A stretch of 64,000 nt of DNA, from the NCBI GenBank assembly GCA_016861265.1, contig BOLA01000001.1, positions 395,569 to 459,568 on the forward strand, written 5' to 3'. Below the pieces are notes generated by a model. The model searched no databases, was not told where the DNA came from, and worked only from the letters and a program-made list of their open reading frames with translations. Origin of the DNA: Patescibacteria group bacterium. GTDB taxonomy: Bacteria > Patescibacteriota > Dojkabacteria > J137. Shown one piece after another: positions 31,565 through 41,919 of this stretch (position 1 is the stretch's first letter; every line of letters starts with the position of its first letter). Made by a program: the position numbers and the translations under genes.

Positions 31565-32758
31565 CTATAAATTTATATTCAACTTTAGCAGTATTGACTT
31601 TAGTTGCAAATGCATATTTGCTTTTGAATATTTCTTCGAAGAAAGAATTGCTTTTTTTGACAACTCCCTAACCAATTCTTCATTTGCAATTAATTTAGCA
31701 GTCTTATTAATTAATTCAGATTTTGAATTCCATAAGAATCCATTTTTACCATCTTCTACAATCTCCACCTGTCCTCCCTGTGCAATTACAACTGGAACTG
31801 CACCTGCAGCCATAGATTCCACAGTGGTCATTCCAAAATGCTCGAATCTATCCGGGAATTTTCTTGGATTTTCACCAAATCCAGATGCATGCCAGAAGAT
31901 CTTAGCCTTTGAATATATATCTTTTAGGTCTGAGAATGCGATATTTTCATGAATAAAGATTGGATAACCTACTGCTTCTTCCTCACATCTTTTCAAGTAT
32001 TCGGCACTTAGCTCATCGTGGTGAACACTTCCGCATAAATGATATTCGTATTTTTTAGCCTCAGGATTTTTATCGTAGAGTTCCTTAAATATTTGAATCA
32101 TTTCAAGTTGTTTTTTATTATGACTATGAACAAAGAATCTACCTACACTCAAGATAATATTTTCTTTTTTCCCAGGTAAAAATTCATCTACATCTATTGG
32201 TGGATACAAGATCTCGCTATCTACGCCAAATTCTTTTTTTATCCATTTTTGAGTGTATCTTGAGTTCGCAATAAACATGTCATAGGTAGAAATATATTCT
32301 CTATCTAGTACGAAGTTATGTTGCGATTGATAGAATCTATTAATAAAATGAATACCTGTATCGTTAGTAAATCTGAAGAGAGTTTTATTCAATATGTTGT
32401 AGGTAAAGTATTTTACCCAAGCAGGAAATTTTCTATTCCATATTCTTGGGAACCATATCAGCATTGCACTTTTTTTGCATTGACTCTTTAACGTAGATAA
32501 ATAAGTGCAGTTTATAAAGAAATCATATTCAGCAGAAATTTCTGAATACTTTTCATGATCATGTTCAAGACCCATTGGTCTTATAGTTACACTAGAAAGA
32601 TCAAGGTTTAACTTATTACAAAGCACATCTTTATCTACATCTTCACTGCAGATAAATTCTACCTCGTGGTTCTTCGAAAGAAATTCAGCGACAACACCTA
32701 TATGTTTTTCGCCACCTCCCATAGTATGTAAATTAGCATTATAAATTCCTATTTTCAT
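31565..32758 (-). CDS. GT4 glycosyltransferase
   Basis: GGGEK, NS.YT, YPP.D, EHFGMTTVESMAAG. Confidence 0.92.
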   Translation of the reverse strand: MKIGIYNANLHTMGGGEKHIGVVAEFLSKNHEVEFICSEDVDKDVLCNKLNLDLSSVTIRPMGLEHDHEKYSEISAEYDFFINCTYLSTLKSQCKKSAMLIWFPRIWNRKFPAWVKYFTYNILNKTLFRFTNDTGIHFINRFYQSQHNFVLDREYISTYDMFIANSRYTQKWIKKEFGVDSEILYPPIDVDEFLPGKKENIILSVGRFFVHSHNKKQLEMIQIFKELYDKNPEAKKYEYHLCGSVHHDELSAEYLKRCEEEAVGYPIFIHENIAFSDLKDIYSKAKIFWHASGFGENPRKFPDRFEHFGMTTVESMAAGAVPVVIAQGGQVEIVEDGKNGFLWNSKSELINKTAKLIANEELVRELSKKAILSSKKYSKANMHLQLKSILLKLNINL

Positions 32759-35364
32759 TATACTGATTTAATAACATTGAATTTTTTTAGCAGGATTACC
32801 GGCAAGTTTCTGTAAAAAGTAACAGAGCTCTTCAGTATAACCTTTAACCTTGAATTGTGGTACCCGTTTCTGAGTTTAAATCTTAAGGCATCTTTTAACT
32901 CCCTCAACTCTATTTTTGTTAATTCTGCTAATGCATAAAGACTCGGTCTAATTCCAAAGTTCTTAATTACAAATGCAGGTTTATTCTTCCAAACATGATA
33001 GGTAAACAAAGGAGAATACTCAGTTGAACTACCTGCATGTATGTGCCTTACAACCGCCTTTGGTTGATACATTAACTTGTAACCTGCATGTCGTATTCTA
33101 AGACTCAAATCAGAATCTTCGTAATAAACAAAAAAGTACTCATCAAAGATGCCTACATTCTGTAGCGTTTCCGCTTTGAATAATACCGCTCCTCCGCATA
33201 TCATTTCTGCTTCCTTTATGTGATCATACTGTCCTTTGTCTATTTCGGCATTTCCATTTAAACTGCCGATATCGTAACCATTAAACTGTGCTGTAATTCC
33301 GGAAGAGGCGTTCTGAATTAAATCAAATTTATGCTCCTCTATTACTTCTCTTGGAATATTTACTAAATAGTTTTTTTTACCAGTTTTTAGCTCAAGAGAT
33401 TGTTTAAAATCGCCAATAGAAATTTTAATTGTATGATTTTCTATCTGTTCAGGACTTTCAATAGACAAAACTAGCTCGTAATCTTTGTCTAGTTTAACGC
33501 TTCCGATTGGCAAATCTATTACAAAGGTTTTGTCGGTCCAAGAATAATCCCCTTCCATTCCATAAAAACCTTCCCTCATAAATTTCTTTATGTAATGGGT
33601 ATGTTCAAACCTGCATTCACCTAAGTAGAATTTAATGCCAAGGTTTCTTGTGTCTTCTCCAATTCCAACTTCTTTTGGATTAAATGTTTGAGTGACGGCA
33701 CTTAATCTTACATATGGTTCGTAAAAAAGTAATTTCGAGGTCACCGCACCATAGTCTTTACTTTCTTTTGCTAATTCAATTAGGCTTTTAAGCCAGTCTT
33801 GAGTAACTTGTGTATCATCATTTAGTAGTACTACGTAATCATATGCACCGCTCTTAAGCACTTCTCTCATAACCGAGTTGTTTCCACCGGCAAATCCGCA
33901 GTTTTTTACATTCTTCTTTATATAAACTCTGGGAAATAAACTCTTTGTTAGTGCTAAACTATTTTCCTTCTCTGAATTATCGTATACAAAAATATCGAAT
34001 TCTCTGTGTGATTGTTCGTAAACTCTTTTTATTGCCTCAATTAACAGGCCTTCATTTTGCTCGCGAACAAAGCCTAAAATTACCGCAGCCTTATCTGGTT
34101 GTCTTGTGGTAATTCTGGTAGTTGCTTCAATTAAAAATTGTTTGTAAAAATCTGTATCGTTTTTATATAAAAATAAATCTTTTTCACTTTTAATAAAATC
34201 AGAATTTTCGGTAATGTTATTGTAATGGTTATGTGCTCCACCTTCGGTAGCGTTATTGTATCTAGGTTTTCGCTCTTCAAAGATCTTTCTCTTGGACTGA
34301 GTGCTCGATCTTAGAGGGTAATGCTTTAATAAAAAATTTAATGGATATACCTTTCTGCCTTCAAATAACACTTCATGACCAAAATGAAAACTTAAATCAA
34401 CTTCTTGTTTTAAATTTTTCCAGGCTTTTATTTGTAAAGTATGTCCCGCATTTCTTCCGAAATCAAAATGACTAAAGAATTCTTCTGGATTATCTGAGTT
34501 GCTAAATCCATCTCTTGTTGCTTCAAAGTTTAGAACTGTAAAATCAATTGCATTAAAACCTAAACTATCTACAAACGAGATTGAATCTTGGATATTACTA
34601 TTCAACCAAGGTGAAATTCTTATTTCATCAGAATCATAATGAATAATCCAGTCGTAGTCTTTGTTAATATTTGCTGTTGCCTTCAAATTTAATGTTTCCT
34701 TCCACATAAATTTATCTGAAGGTTTTTCAGGGAATTTTGTAATAAAAATTCTATTAGGATTTTCCTTGGCAAATTCTTCAATAAATTTTGCAGTGTTATC
34801 TGTAGACCAGTTATCAATTACGTGAACATCTACCTCTTGATTAAGTAAGTGTTGTAAAACTTGACTGATAATATCCTCATCGTTAAATGTAGAAACTGCA
34901 GCAAGAATCTTCTTTTTTTCAACGGATTTGATTCTTGTATATTTACCCGATAAAACAAAGTTAATGTTATTGTGACTACTTACAAAATCTTGATTTATGT
35001 TGTTTTCCTTTAATAAAGCGGAAAACTCTTGGCCCGATAAATTAGAACTAATCAACACTAAAGGCACTGAATCTATGTATTTACTCAGTAACTTTAATTT
35101 CTCAGAAAGCTGTTTAGTGGAGTTTTCGTCGATAAATAACACTAAATCGTCTACTTTGACGTTATTTAAATACTTATCCAGGTCTGTATTTACGTTTTGC
35201 AAATGTAGATCTGTCCTTGAATAACTTAAAGATTCCTTAACACCGTCAAAATTTGAAGTCGAAAACACGAGTTCTTTGGCATTTATAGCTTCTGAAAGAA
35301 ACTTTGCGTAGTCAATTAACTTTGCATATTTAGTTCTGCCCTCGGGTGTTAGTTTCTGGATCAT
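32758..35364 (-). CDS. multi-domain GT2 glycosyltransferase (two GT-A domains)
   Basis: IDNWSTD..DSDE domain and DNS..GFAGGNN..LLNDD..YYEDSD domain with a beta-rich insertion. Confidence 0.85.
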   Translation of the reverse strand: MIQKLTPEGRTKYAKLIDYAKFLSEAINAKELVFSTSNFDGVKESLSYSRTDLHLQNVNTDLDKYLNNVKVDDLVLFIDENSTKQLSEKLKLLSKYIDSVPLVLISSNLSGQEFSALLKENNINQDFVSSHNNINFVLSGKYTRIKSVEKKKILAAVSTFNDEDIISQVLQHLLNQEVDVHVIDNWSTDNTAKFIEEFAKENPNRIFITKFPEKPSDKFMWKETLNLKATANINKDYDWIIHYDSDEIRISPWLNSNIQDSISFVDSLGFNAIDFTVLNFEATRDGFSNSDNPEEFFSHFDFGRNAGHTLQIKAWKNLKQEVDLSFHFGHEVLFEGRKVYPLNFLLKHYPLRSSTQSKRKIFEERKPRYNNATEGGAHNHYNNITENSDFIKSEKDLFLYKNDTDFYKQFLIEATTRITTRQPDKAAVILGFVREQNEGLLIEAIKRVYEQSHREFDIFVYDNSEKENSLALTKSLFPRVYIKKNVKNCGFAGGNNSVMREVLKSGAYDYVVLLNDDTQVTQDWLKSLIELAKESKDYGAVTSKLLFYEPYVRLSAVTQTFNPKEVGIGEDTRNLGIKFYLGECRFEHTHYIKKFMREGFYGMEGDYSWTDKTFVIDLPIGSVKLDKDYELVLSIESPEQIENHTIKISIGDFKQSLELKTGKKNYLVNIPREVIEEHKFDLIQNASSGITAQFNGYDIGSLNGNAEIDKGQYDHIKEAEMICGGAVLFKAETLQNVGIFDEYFFVYYEDSDLSLRIRHAGYKLMYQPKAVVRHIHAGSSTEYSPLFTYHVWKNKPAFVIKNFGIRPSLYALAELTKIELRELKDALRFKLRNGYHNSRLKVILKSSVTFYRNLPVILLKKFNVIKSV

Positions 35365-35439
35365 TTTTTGTATTATTATTAGCTGTATTATAAAAGTCTA
35401 TTGTGTTTTTCACAACCCTTCTATAATTACACTTAGTTG

Positions 35440-36297
35440 TTAGGAAATTTTTCGTTTCCTAAAGAAATCTGTAATTTTCAAATTTCTAAAATGATCTTTT
35501 AGCGCTTTATTTTCCTTATTCAATCTATTGATCGTTTGATCGTAGTCATAAATTACGTCACTTGCTGCCTTCAAAACCTCAATTATATCAATATTTTTTA
35601 GTAGTAATTCATGTTTCTTCAAGATATATTCATATGTCGCATCTTTAAATGAGGTATTACTTCTTAGCATGGAGTTCTCCCTTATTCTGTAAAGAAACAA
35701 CACCTTATTTATTACCTCCCAGTCATATCCTCTTTCGACAGCAGAGAGCCAAAAATCCCAATCTTGCTTACCTCTTTTCATATTTTCATCATATCCACTA
35801 ACATCAACCCAAACCTTTCTTCTGAACATTGACGCAACATGAGGTACATTTTTCACCAACATTTCGGGAGTATTTTTCTTGATCTGGACTGTGGTATCAG
35901 GTCCATTTATCAATCCAAATGGCTGAAACCACGTCGTTACAAATCCATATGTAGGATTCTCTTCCAAGAATCGACTACAATCAGCTACAAATTCTGGGCA
36001 ATACTTATCATCAGCGTCAATGCAACAAATATATTTCCCTGTGGATCTAGATATTCCAAAATTTCTTGCAGCTGCTAGACCTTTATTTTTAGTTCTATAT
36101 AAAGTTACCCTCTTATCCCAAAAGTCCTTATATTTTTTCAACTTTTTAATAGATTTCACCTCTGTTGATCCATCATCAATTATTATTACTTCAAGATTCT
36201 TATAGGTCTGATTTAAGACAGAAGTCACAGTTTCATCAATAAAATCACCTAGATTATAGAAGGGTATGATTACACTTACTTTAAAGTTTTGCTCCAT
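35440..36297 (-). CDS. GT2 glycosyltransferase
   Basis: VIIPFYN, DDGS, NKGLAAARN, DADD, DWDFW. Confidence 0.92.
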   Translation of the reverse strand: MEQNFKVSVIIPFYNLGDFIDETVTSVLNQTYKNLEVIIIDDGSTEVKSIKKLKKYKDFWDKRVTLYRTKNKGLAAARNFGISRSTGKYICCIDADDKYCPEFVADCSRFLEENPTYGFVTTWFQPFGLINGPDTTVQIKKNTPEMLVKNVPHVASMFRRKVWVDVSGYDENMKRGKQDWDFWLSAVERGYDWEVINKVLFLYRIRENSMLRSNTSFKDATYEYILKKHELLLKNIDIIEVLKAASDVIYDYDQTINRLNKENKALKDHFRNLKITDFFRKRKIS

Positions 36298-37201
36298 TAT
36301 TTAATGTTTGATTATATGTATATTTTAAATAGCTGGAACAAATTGTCCAGTTCCTGCTTTTCTTTGTTTCATCGGCAATAAATTTTCTTTTGTTACGAAC
36401 ATAGTTTAAATTTCTATTACACCAATTCAGTGCACTTTGAAGGTCTTCCACAGTTCGTTGCTCTAATATAATTCCATTATTATAATTCTGTATCAACTCG
36501 GGAACAATACCTACATCTGTCGAAACAGGAAAGCATCCGGTTGCCATGCTTTCGAAAAGAGGAATTGGCTCTCCTTCATTTTTTGATCCAACCAATAATA
36601 CGTCTATGGAGTTATAAAATTTATTCATTTCAGTATGTGTTACATTACCAGGTGCTAACTTAATCTCAAATTTATTTCTTATAGCAGGTTCAATAATATC
36701 TTGATATCCTTTAATTGGATCAGAGATCCTTCCAGCCCAGCCTAGCTTCAAACCACCATTAATATTTCCCATTCTAAAAAATTTTGAGGTATCATAGCCA
36801 TTAGGTACAAAAAAAATATTATTACTTACTTCATTAAAAATATTATATAAACGCTTGGAAACTGTTATAACACTATCTGCATCGTTTAAATAAACCTCCT
36901 TAACTTCCCTAGGAGACTTTGGCCCAATAGGGGGAGTATCTTCCCACCTATGACTTGAGATCTCTTTTATAACTTTGGCTCCTTTCAAATCAAAGTTTTT
37001 ATAATAATCATCTGCGTAAAAGAAAATGTGAAGTAGGTCAAAATCATACCTATTAAGATCAGGTTTAAGTTCCGAATATACAATCTCAAAATCAAAATCT
37101 TTTCTAAGATACGGAATGAAACCTTTCGCACAATTATCAAATGCCCAATCCGGAACGTCTACCATTAACAGTATTTTAGGTTTGGATTTGAAAAATAGCA
37201 T
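36281..37201 (-). CDS. GT4 glycosyltransferase
   Basis: PNGYD, GWAG, KG, EGEPIPLFESMA.G, TDVG. Confidence 0.88.
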   Translation of the reverse strand: MLFFKSKPKILLMVDVPDWAFDNCAKGFIPYLRKDFDFEIVYSELKPDLNRYDFDLLHIFFYADDYYKNFDLKGAKVIKEISSHRWEDTPPIGPKSPREVKEVYLNDADSVITVSKRLYNIFNEVSNNIFFVPNGYDTSKFFRMGNINGGLKLGWAGRISDPIKGYQDIIEPAIRNKFEIKLAPGNVTHTEMNKFYNSIDVLLVGSKNEGEPIPLFESMATGCFPVSTDVGIVPELIQNYNNGIILEQRTVEDLQSALNWCNRNLNYVRNKRKFIADETKKSRNWTICSSYLKYTYNQTLNNGAKL

Positions 37202-37247
37202 ATTTTAAAATAATATTAAGTAATAATTACAAATGGATTAGCATATT

Positions 37248-37271
37248 AGAGGTGGTCATATGGCCACCTCT
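37248..37271 (-). terminator. hairpin after the three-gene cassette
   Basis: AGAGGTGGTCA-TA-TGGCCACCTCT. Confidence 0.6.
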
Positions 37272-37279
37272 CTATCAGA

Positions 37280-38029
37280 TCATTGTATGTAGAACCTGGA
37301 TTCTCCTGTTATATTACTTTCAGATTGAATCATTATTGTACCTGAGGCGCTACAACTATAATTATTGTAGTTACCCTGAAGTATTGGGTTGGAACCACTA
37401 CATCCGCTCTGTTCATTAGCTGTAAAAATTATAGGTGTTCCGTACCCTATATAGCAATACGTTACCGTTTGCCCATTCTCTTGCCTGTGCATCATACATC
37501 CACTCGTACCTTGATCATATTCATCGAAATAGTAACCACTCATTGTAATTCTATCTGGATCGTTTGTACCTTGTTTGCTTTCAAATCTCAAGTGCAGATG
37601 CGTACCATCAGAGTTTCCACATCCATCGGAGAAGGGTCCTGAATACAACTCTCCTAACTTCTGTCCTTTCGTAACTGTCTGACCATTACTAACATTAACA
37701 TGATTTTTGTCTAAGTGATAAAACTGCATTTCATAACCATTGAATTCTATTACCAAATTTGTTGAATAGTTGCAAACATCTTTGTGCGTTACAACTCCAT
37801 CCTCAGGGGAGACAATATTCGCAACACTAGTATCACTTCTTTGAACATCTATAGCATAATTATCACCCGAAACCCAATTGTGGGAAGAATTATAATATAA
37901 TCCCTGTGCATGCCATGTTTGGGAAAATTTTAAATCTAAATTATCTTCAAATGGGAAACGATAGTTTGCACTGACAATATGTTGAGTAAAAAGCGAGAAT
38001 AGGACTAATATAAGAATTAGCGTTTTCAT
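37280..38029 (-). CDS. secreted M23 metallopeptidase, LasA/staphylolysin-like
   Basis: signal peptide; WH...AID, YHL...VSNGQ.V..GQKLG, GTHLH. Confidence 0.8.
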   Translation of the reverse strand: MKTLILILVLFSLFTQHIVSANYRFPFEDNLDLKFSQTWHAQGLYYNSSHNWVSGDNYAIDVQRSDTSVANIVSPEDGVVTHKDVCNYSTNLVIEFNGYEMQFYHLDKNHVNVSNGQTVTKGQKLGELYSGPFSDGCGNSDGTHLHLRFESKQGTNDPDRITMSGYYFDEYDQGTSGCMMHRQENGQTVTYCYIGYGTPIIFTANEQSGCSGSNPILQGNYNNYSCSASGTIMIQSESNITGESRFYIQ

Positions 38030-38817
38030 TTTAAATTCTTTAAACTATTAAGTATGATATTTTTTAAAGTATCTGCTTCTATGCTGTTCTCAGTGTTTTT
38101 TGTCTCGATGAATGACTGATATGTATCTGATGTAGCATAATCAATATCCCAATTTTCAAGATTCTCAAACGCCCTGCCATCTATTGTTTGTCTATCATAT
38201 TTACTATATAGAGTATAAAAATTTAGCTGAGTTTCATATCCGAAAGGGGTCTTCTGAAGATAGACTATATCTAACAGAGGGTAATCTCTGTAATATTTAC
38301 TATTTTCAAATATTTTGATAATAGATTTGAGAAAAGAACTCTCATTCTTAACAACTACATCTTTTGAGATTCGGATAAATCGTTTCTCTTTTTCATTAAT
38401 TAAAAATAATCGAGTACTTCCTTTGTAATATTTTGTAAGAAAGTTGTTGTCATAAATTTCTATAAAGTTATCCTGCTCAAATTCATAAGTTACCCATTCC
38501 TTGTTACTATAATCCACTACAGAATATTTACTATAATTTTGAGGAACGAGTAACTTTTCTATTAACTTTGATCTCACCTCATCTGGTAATACAGTAATGG
38601 TATTTTTAATTGGAATATCATCCCTTTCGATATTACTTCCACTAATGAACTCTATGAACTTTTGTTGAAGCTCCAATTCGTCTCCTTCATCACCACCTGT
38701 ACCAGTGGAGATATTTTCTATAGTACTATCATTACTGTTACTTACTTTAGTATACGTAAGATATAAGATAGATACTATAGCAATGATGATGCTCGTTGCA
38801 GCAAGAAATTTTCTCAT
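38026..38817 (-). CDS. hypothetical membrane-anchored protein
   Basis: N-terminal TM; ATGA overlap with the M23 gene. Confidence 0.7.
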   Translation of the reverse strand: MRKFLAATSIIIAIVSILYLTYTKVSNSNDSTIENISTGTGGDEGDELELQQKFIEFISGSNIERDDIPIKNTITVLPDEVRSKLIEKLLVPQNYSKYSVVDYSNKEWVTYEFEQDNFIEIYDNNFLTKYYKGSTRLFLINEKEKRFIRISKDVVVKNESSFLKSIIKIFENSKYYRDYPLLDIVYLQKTPFGYETQLNFYTLYSKYDRQTIDGRAFENLENWDIDYATSDTYQSFIETKNTENSIEADTLKNIILNSLKNLK

Positions 38818-38835
38818 GTTTGTAATCTATAACAA

Positions 38836-39747
38836 TTATTTCTGAAGGCTCAACAATGTTTCTCTAAGTTGTGCATTCTCCTCCTCGATCCTATTCATCC
38901 TCTCATCTAAGTTTATTAGATATAGGGTTAACTCTTCAATTTTTTCCATCTGTTTTTGTTGCATGTCCCCTAGTGACAGCCCATTCTCCTCGATATCTTT
39001 TGCAGCTGGTATTCCAGGTAGATGTTTATTTTTACTAATATAATTTTTTACCTCTGCTAAAGTTCTTAGTCTATAAGTACTCTCAAATACGTAATCTGCC
39101 CATACATTTGATGTAACCTTAACCTCATTAGCTTTAATTTTCCCAGGCACTATGAGCGCACCTCCATTTGTGGTGATGACAACATTGGCTCCAGATATTT
39201 CATTGGCTATTGTAAAATTATCGTCACTTGAATTTCCATAACCAGTCCATGCTTTCCTCCCCGAACTATAGCCATCGGGATACCACCTTATGTATGAATG
39301 TGTACCGCCTTCAAGTGTTAACATTCCTGCTGTAGAACCTTTAATATGTAGTTGAGACTGTGGGCTAGTAGTTCCTAGACCAACGTTTCCAGTAGTATCT
39401 ATTAGTAAACTTGGTGTACTACTAGCGTGGGTTGCTACAGAGAACTTATCTCCAGAGCCAGTTTGAATAGTTACATTTGTTGCTGAAGTTGGAATATCAT
39501 AACTTGAGAAAATCTTTAAATCAGCATAATCAGCGTCATTTCGAATTGCAAAGTTTAATCCAGTAGTTGACTGCTTAATCTGTAGTTTTGTAGACGGGAC
39601 ATCTGTTCCGATACCTACATTACCATCATTATAATATATTACATTTCCTGTGGAAGACCATTGTCCCGCAGTGGCTAATATTGGAAGATTTATAAAGAAG
39701 GTCCCTAAAAGTAGAGCTGTAATAATATATTTTTTATCTAGTTTCAT
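38836..39747 (-). CDS. exported fibre-like protein with GNVGIGT repeats and a chaperone-like C-terminus
   Basis: signal peptide; GNVGIGT and GNVGLGT; WADYVF..KHLPGIP..EKIEELTLY coiled-coil tail. Confidence 0.75.
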   Translation of the reverse strand: MKLDKKYIITALLLGTFFINLPILATAGQWSSTGNVIYYNDGNVGIGTDVPSTKLQIKQSTTGLNFAIRNDADYADLKIFSSYDIPTSATNVTIQTGSGDKFSVATHASSTPSLLIDTTGNVGLGTTSPQSQLHIKGSTAGMLTLEGGTHSYIRWYPDGYSSGRKAWTGYGNSSDDNFTIANEISGANVVITTNGGALIVPGKIKANEVKVTSNVWADYVFESTYRLRTLAEVKNYISKNKHLPGIPAAKDIEENGLSLGDMQQKQMEKIEELTLYLINLDERMNRIEEENAQLRETLLSLQK

Positions 39748-39873
39748 ATTTATAAATAAAAGGTAAGGAATGTAAGAAGAGAATAACTATGGAGGATGTT
39801 CGGTGATAATCATTATTTAATATAACCACTCACATGGTAATCTACTCGGGCAGTAATTTCAATTTATAGCAAA

Positions 39874-41070
39874 TTATAATATTTCCCAATCTACCGGCAA
39901 CGATACTGCACCCTGATCCTGATTCTTAAGAAGAATTCTAAACTGATACCTATTAGAGTGGTAATCTAACGTTTCGTTTGTAACTGCATCAAAGATTGCT
40001 GCCGTAATAGCATAATCGTTATCCAGCAAAAAATTATTAGATATTTTAATTTTCACTAACCCACTGTTGTTTGGAGTAATTACAATGTTTCTATTAGTCG
40101 TATTGGTTCCCGTAATATGCAAACCATCCTGTCTATAGATTCCTATACCAAACATTACTTCTTTATGATCAGGTTTATTTACTTTATAGGAGATATCAAT
40201 ATTAATATTTCCAACTTCTTTAAATTCCTTTACAACTTCACCTTTGTCATTCTTTATTTCTATGTTTGTTATTTCTACATCTTTATTACCCCATCTGTCT
40301 TTTTCTGTTGCTTCTTTCACCTGGGGAATAGAAACTTCGTTAATTCTTTTGTATTCTTCCGTAACTAGGTAAGGGTTTCCATCCATTTTTAGTTCGGATC
40401 TATCTACCAGAAGAGCCCTGTCACAGTAGGCCTTAACTGAGTCCATATTGTGACTTATGTATATAATTGTCTTTCCTTCCTTCTTTAATTTTCTTATTAC
40501 ACTAGCTGATTTCTTCTGAAAATTTTCATCTCCAACAGACAAAATTTCATCAAGCAAATATATTTCTGCATTACTTTGAATCGCTATAGAGAATGCCAGC
40601 CTAACCATCATTCCGCTTGAATAGTTTTTTACAGGTACGTCTATAAAATTTCTTAACTCAGCGAAGTCTACAATCTCGTCAAACTTTTCTTCAAGAAAAT
40701 GTCTTGTCATGCCTAATATAGTTCCATTCAAGAAGATATTTTCTCTTCCGCTTAAATCAGGGTTAAAACCCACACCCAATTCTAAAAAGGGCACCATAGT
40801 TCCATTAATCTTAATTGTACTGCCCTTATTCGCGTTATATATTCCTGCGAGAATTTTAAGCAATGTAGATTTTCCACTTCCATTTCTACCAACTATTCCT
40901 ACAAACTCACCTCGTTTAATTTCAAAGTTGATATTTTGCAGTGCCTTAAATTCCCTTGTTTTACCTTGATTAAAAAACGAGGTAAACAATGCTCTTAGTG
41001 TGGATTTCTTATCTTCGTGTATATAAAAAGTCTTATTTAAATTTTGTACTAAAATTGCTGTTTCATTCAT
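39874..41070 (-). CDS. wzt: polysaccharide ABC exporter ATPase with Wzt-C domain
   Basis: GRNGSGKST, YSSGM..RLAF, DEILSVGD..F, C-terminal carbohydrate-binding domain. Confidence 0.93.
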   Translation of the reverse strand: MNETAILVQNLNKTFYIHEDKKSTLRALFTSFFNQGKTREFKALQNINFEIKRGEFVGIVGRNGSGKSTLLKILAGIYNANKGSTIKINGTMVPFLELGVGFNPDLSGRENIFLNGTILGMTRHFLEEKFDEIVDFAELRNFIDVPVKNYSSGMMVRLAFSIAIQSNAEIYLLDEILSVGDENFQKKSASVIRKLKKEGKTIIYISHNMDSVKAYCDRALLVDRSELKMDGNPYLVTEEYKRINEVSIPQVKEATEKDRWGNKDVEITNIEIKNDKGEVVKEFKEVGNINIDISYKVNKPDHKEVMFGIGIYRQDGLHITGTNTTNRNIVITPNNSGLVKIKISNNFLLDNDYAITAAIFDAVTNETLDYHSNRYQFRILLKNQDQGAVSLPVDWEIL

Positions 41071-41071
41071 A

Positions 41072-41869
41072 TTAAAAATATTCTGCGATTTCTCTTACTT
41101 TAACTGTAAAATACGACCAACCCACAACAAATACAATAATACTTGCTATTAAGTATGCAAACATTAATGGAATATTCAGTTGACCATAAATTCCGAATGC
41201 AGCTCTTGCCTGATTTATGATAATTCCTAATGGGTTTGCTGCAATATAATTTGATACACTACCTTCCACTAAATTTGAAGAAATCGAATAGAAGATAGGG
41301 GTTAGCCATTGTAGTAAAAACATTCCCAATTCGAAAACGTTCTTTAAATCCCTTAATTTTATTGTGGCTATACTTGTGAAGAATGAAATTCCTACACCGA
41401 ATATAAATAAGATTATAGATAAGAATATAAAGTAGATTATTGAGAATGGTGTAATTGTAACGTTATTAATTAGAGCAATAATTATAAAGAACACCATATT
41501 AATGGCTAGATTTATAAACGCGCTTATTAATGCACTGAAAATAGCAATCTGCCTAGGGAAACTAACTTTTAGAATTATGTGAGCCCTATCAAGTAGCGAC
41601 ATTTGCCCTAAGATTATCAGTTCGTTAAAAAAGGTGAACATTATAATTCCTAACAGCAAATAGAGTTGATAATTAGGAATCTGAAAATTAGTAATTCTTG
41701 TCCAAACCACATATTGAACTAAGAATTGCGAATAGGGTTTAATTAAGACCCACAACACTCCTAGGGCGGAGTTTTGATATCTCATTTTAAAGCTGGTTTT
41801 AACTAATTCGCTTAGCAGGTCTATTTTATTTTGTGAAAGTAAATTCATATTCGAAATATTATAACTCAT
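41072..41869 (-). CDS. wzm: polysaccharide ABC exporter permease
   Basis: K.RYQ.SALG.LW, K..FPR, RD, TPIFY, NP motifs. Confidence 0.92.
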   Translation of the reverse strand: MSYNISNMNLLSQNKIDLLSELVKTSFKMRYQNSALGVLWVLIKPYSQFLVQYVVWTRITNFQIPNYQLYLLLGIIMFTFFNELIILGQMSLLDRAHIILKVSFPRQIAIFSALISAFINLAINMVFFIIIALINNVTITPFSIIYFIFLSIILFIFGVGISFFTSIATIKLRDLKNVFELGMFLLQWLTPIFYSISSNLVEGSVSNYIAANPLGIIINQARAAFGIYGQLNIPLMFAYLIASIIVFVVGWSYFTVKVREIAEYF

Positions 41870-41919
41870 TTAATACGGTTTTCTATATTTAGGCAATATC
41901 AATATGTTAAATTATATTT

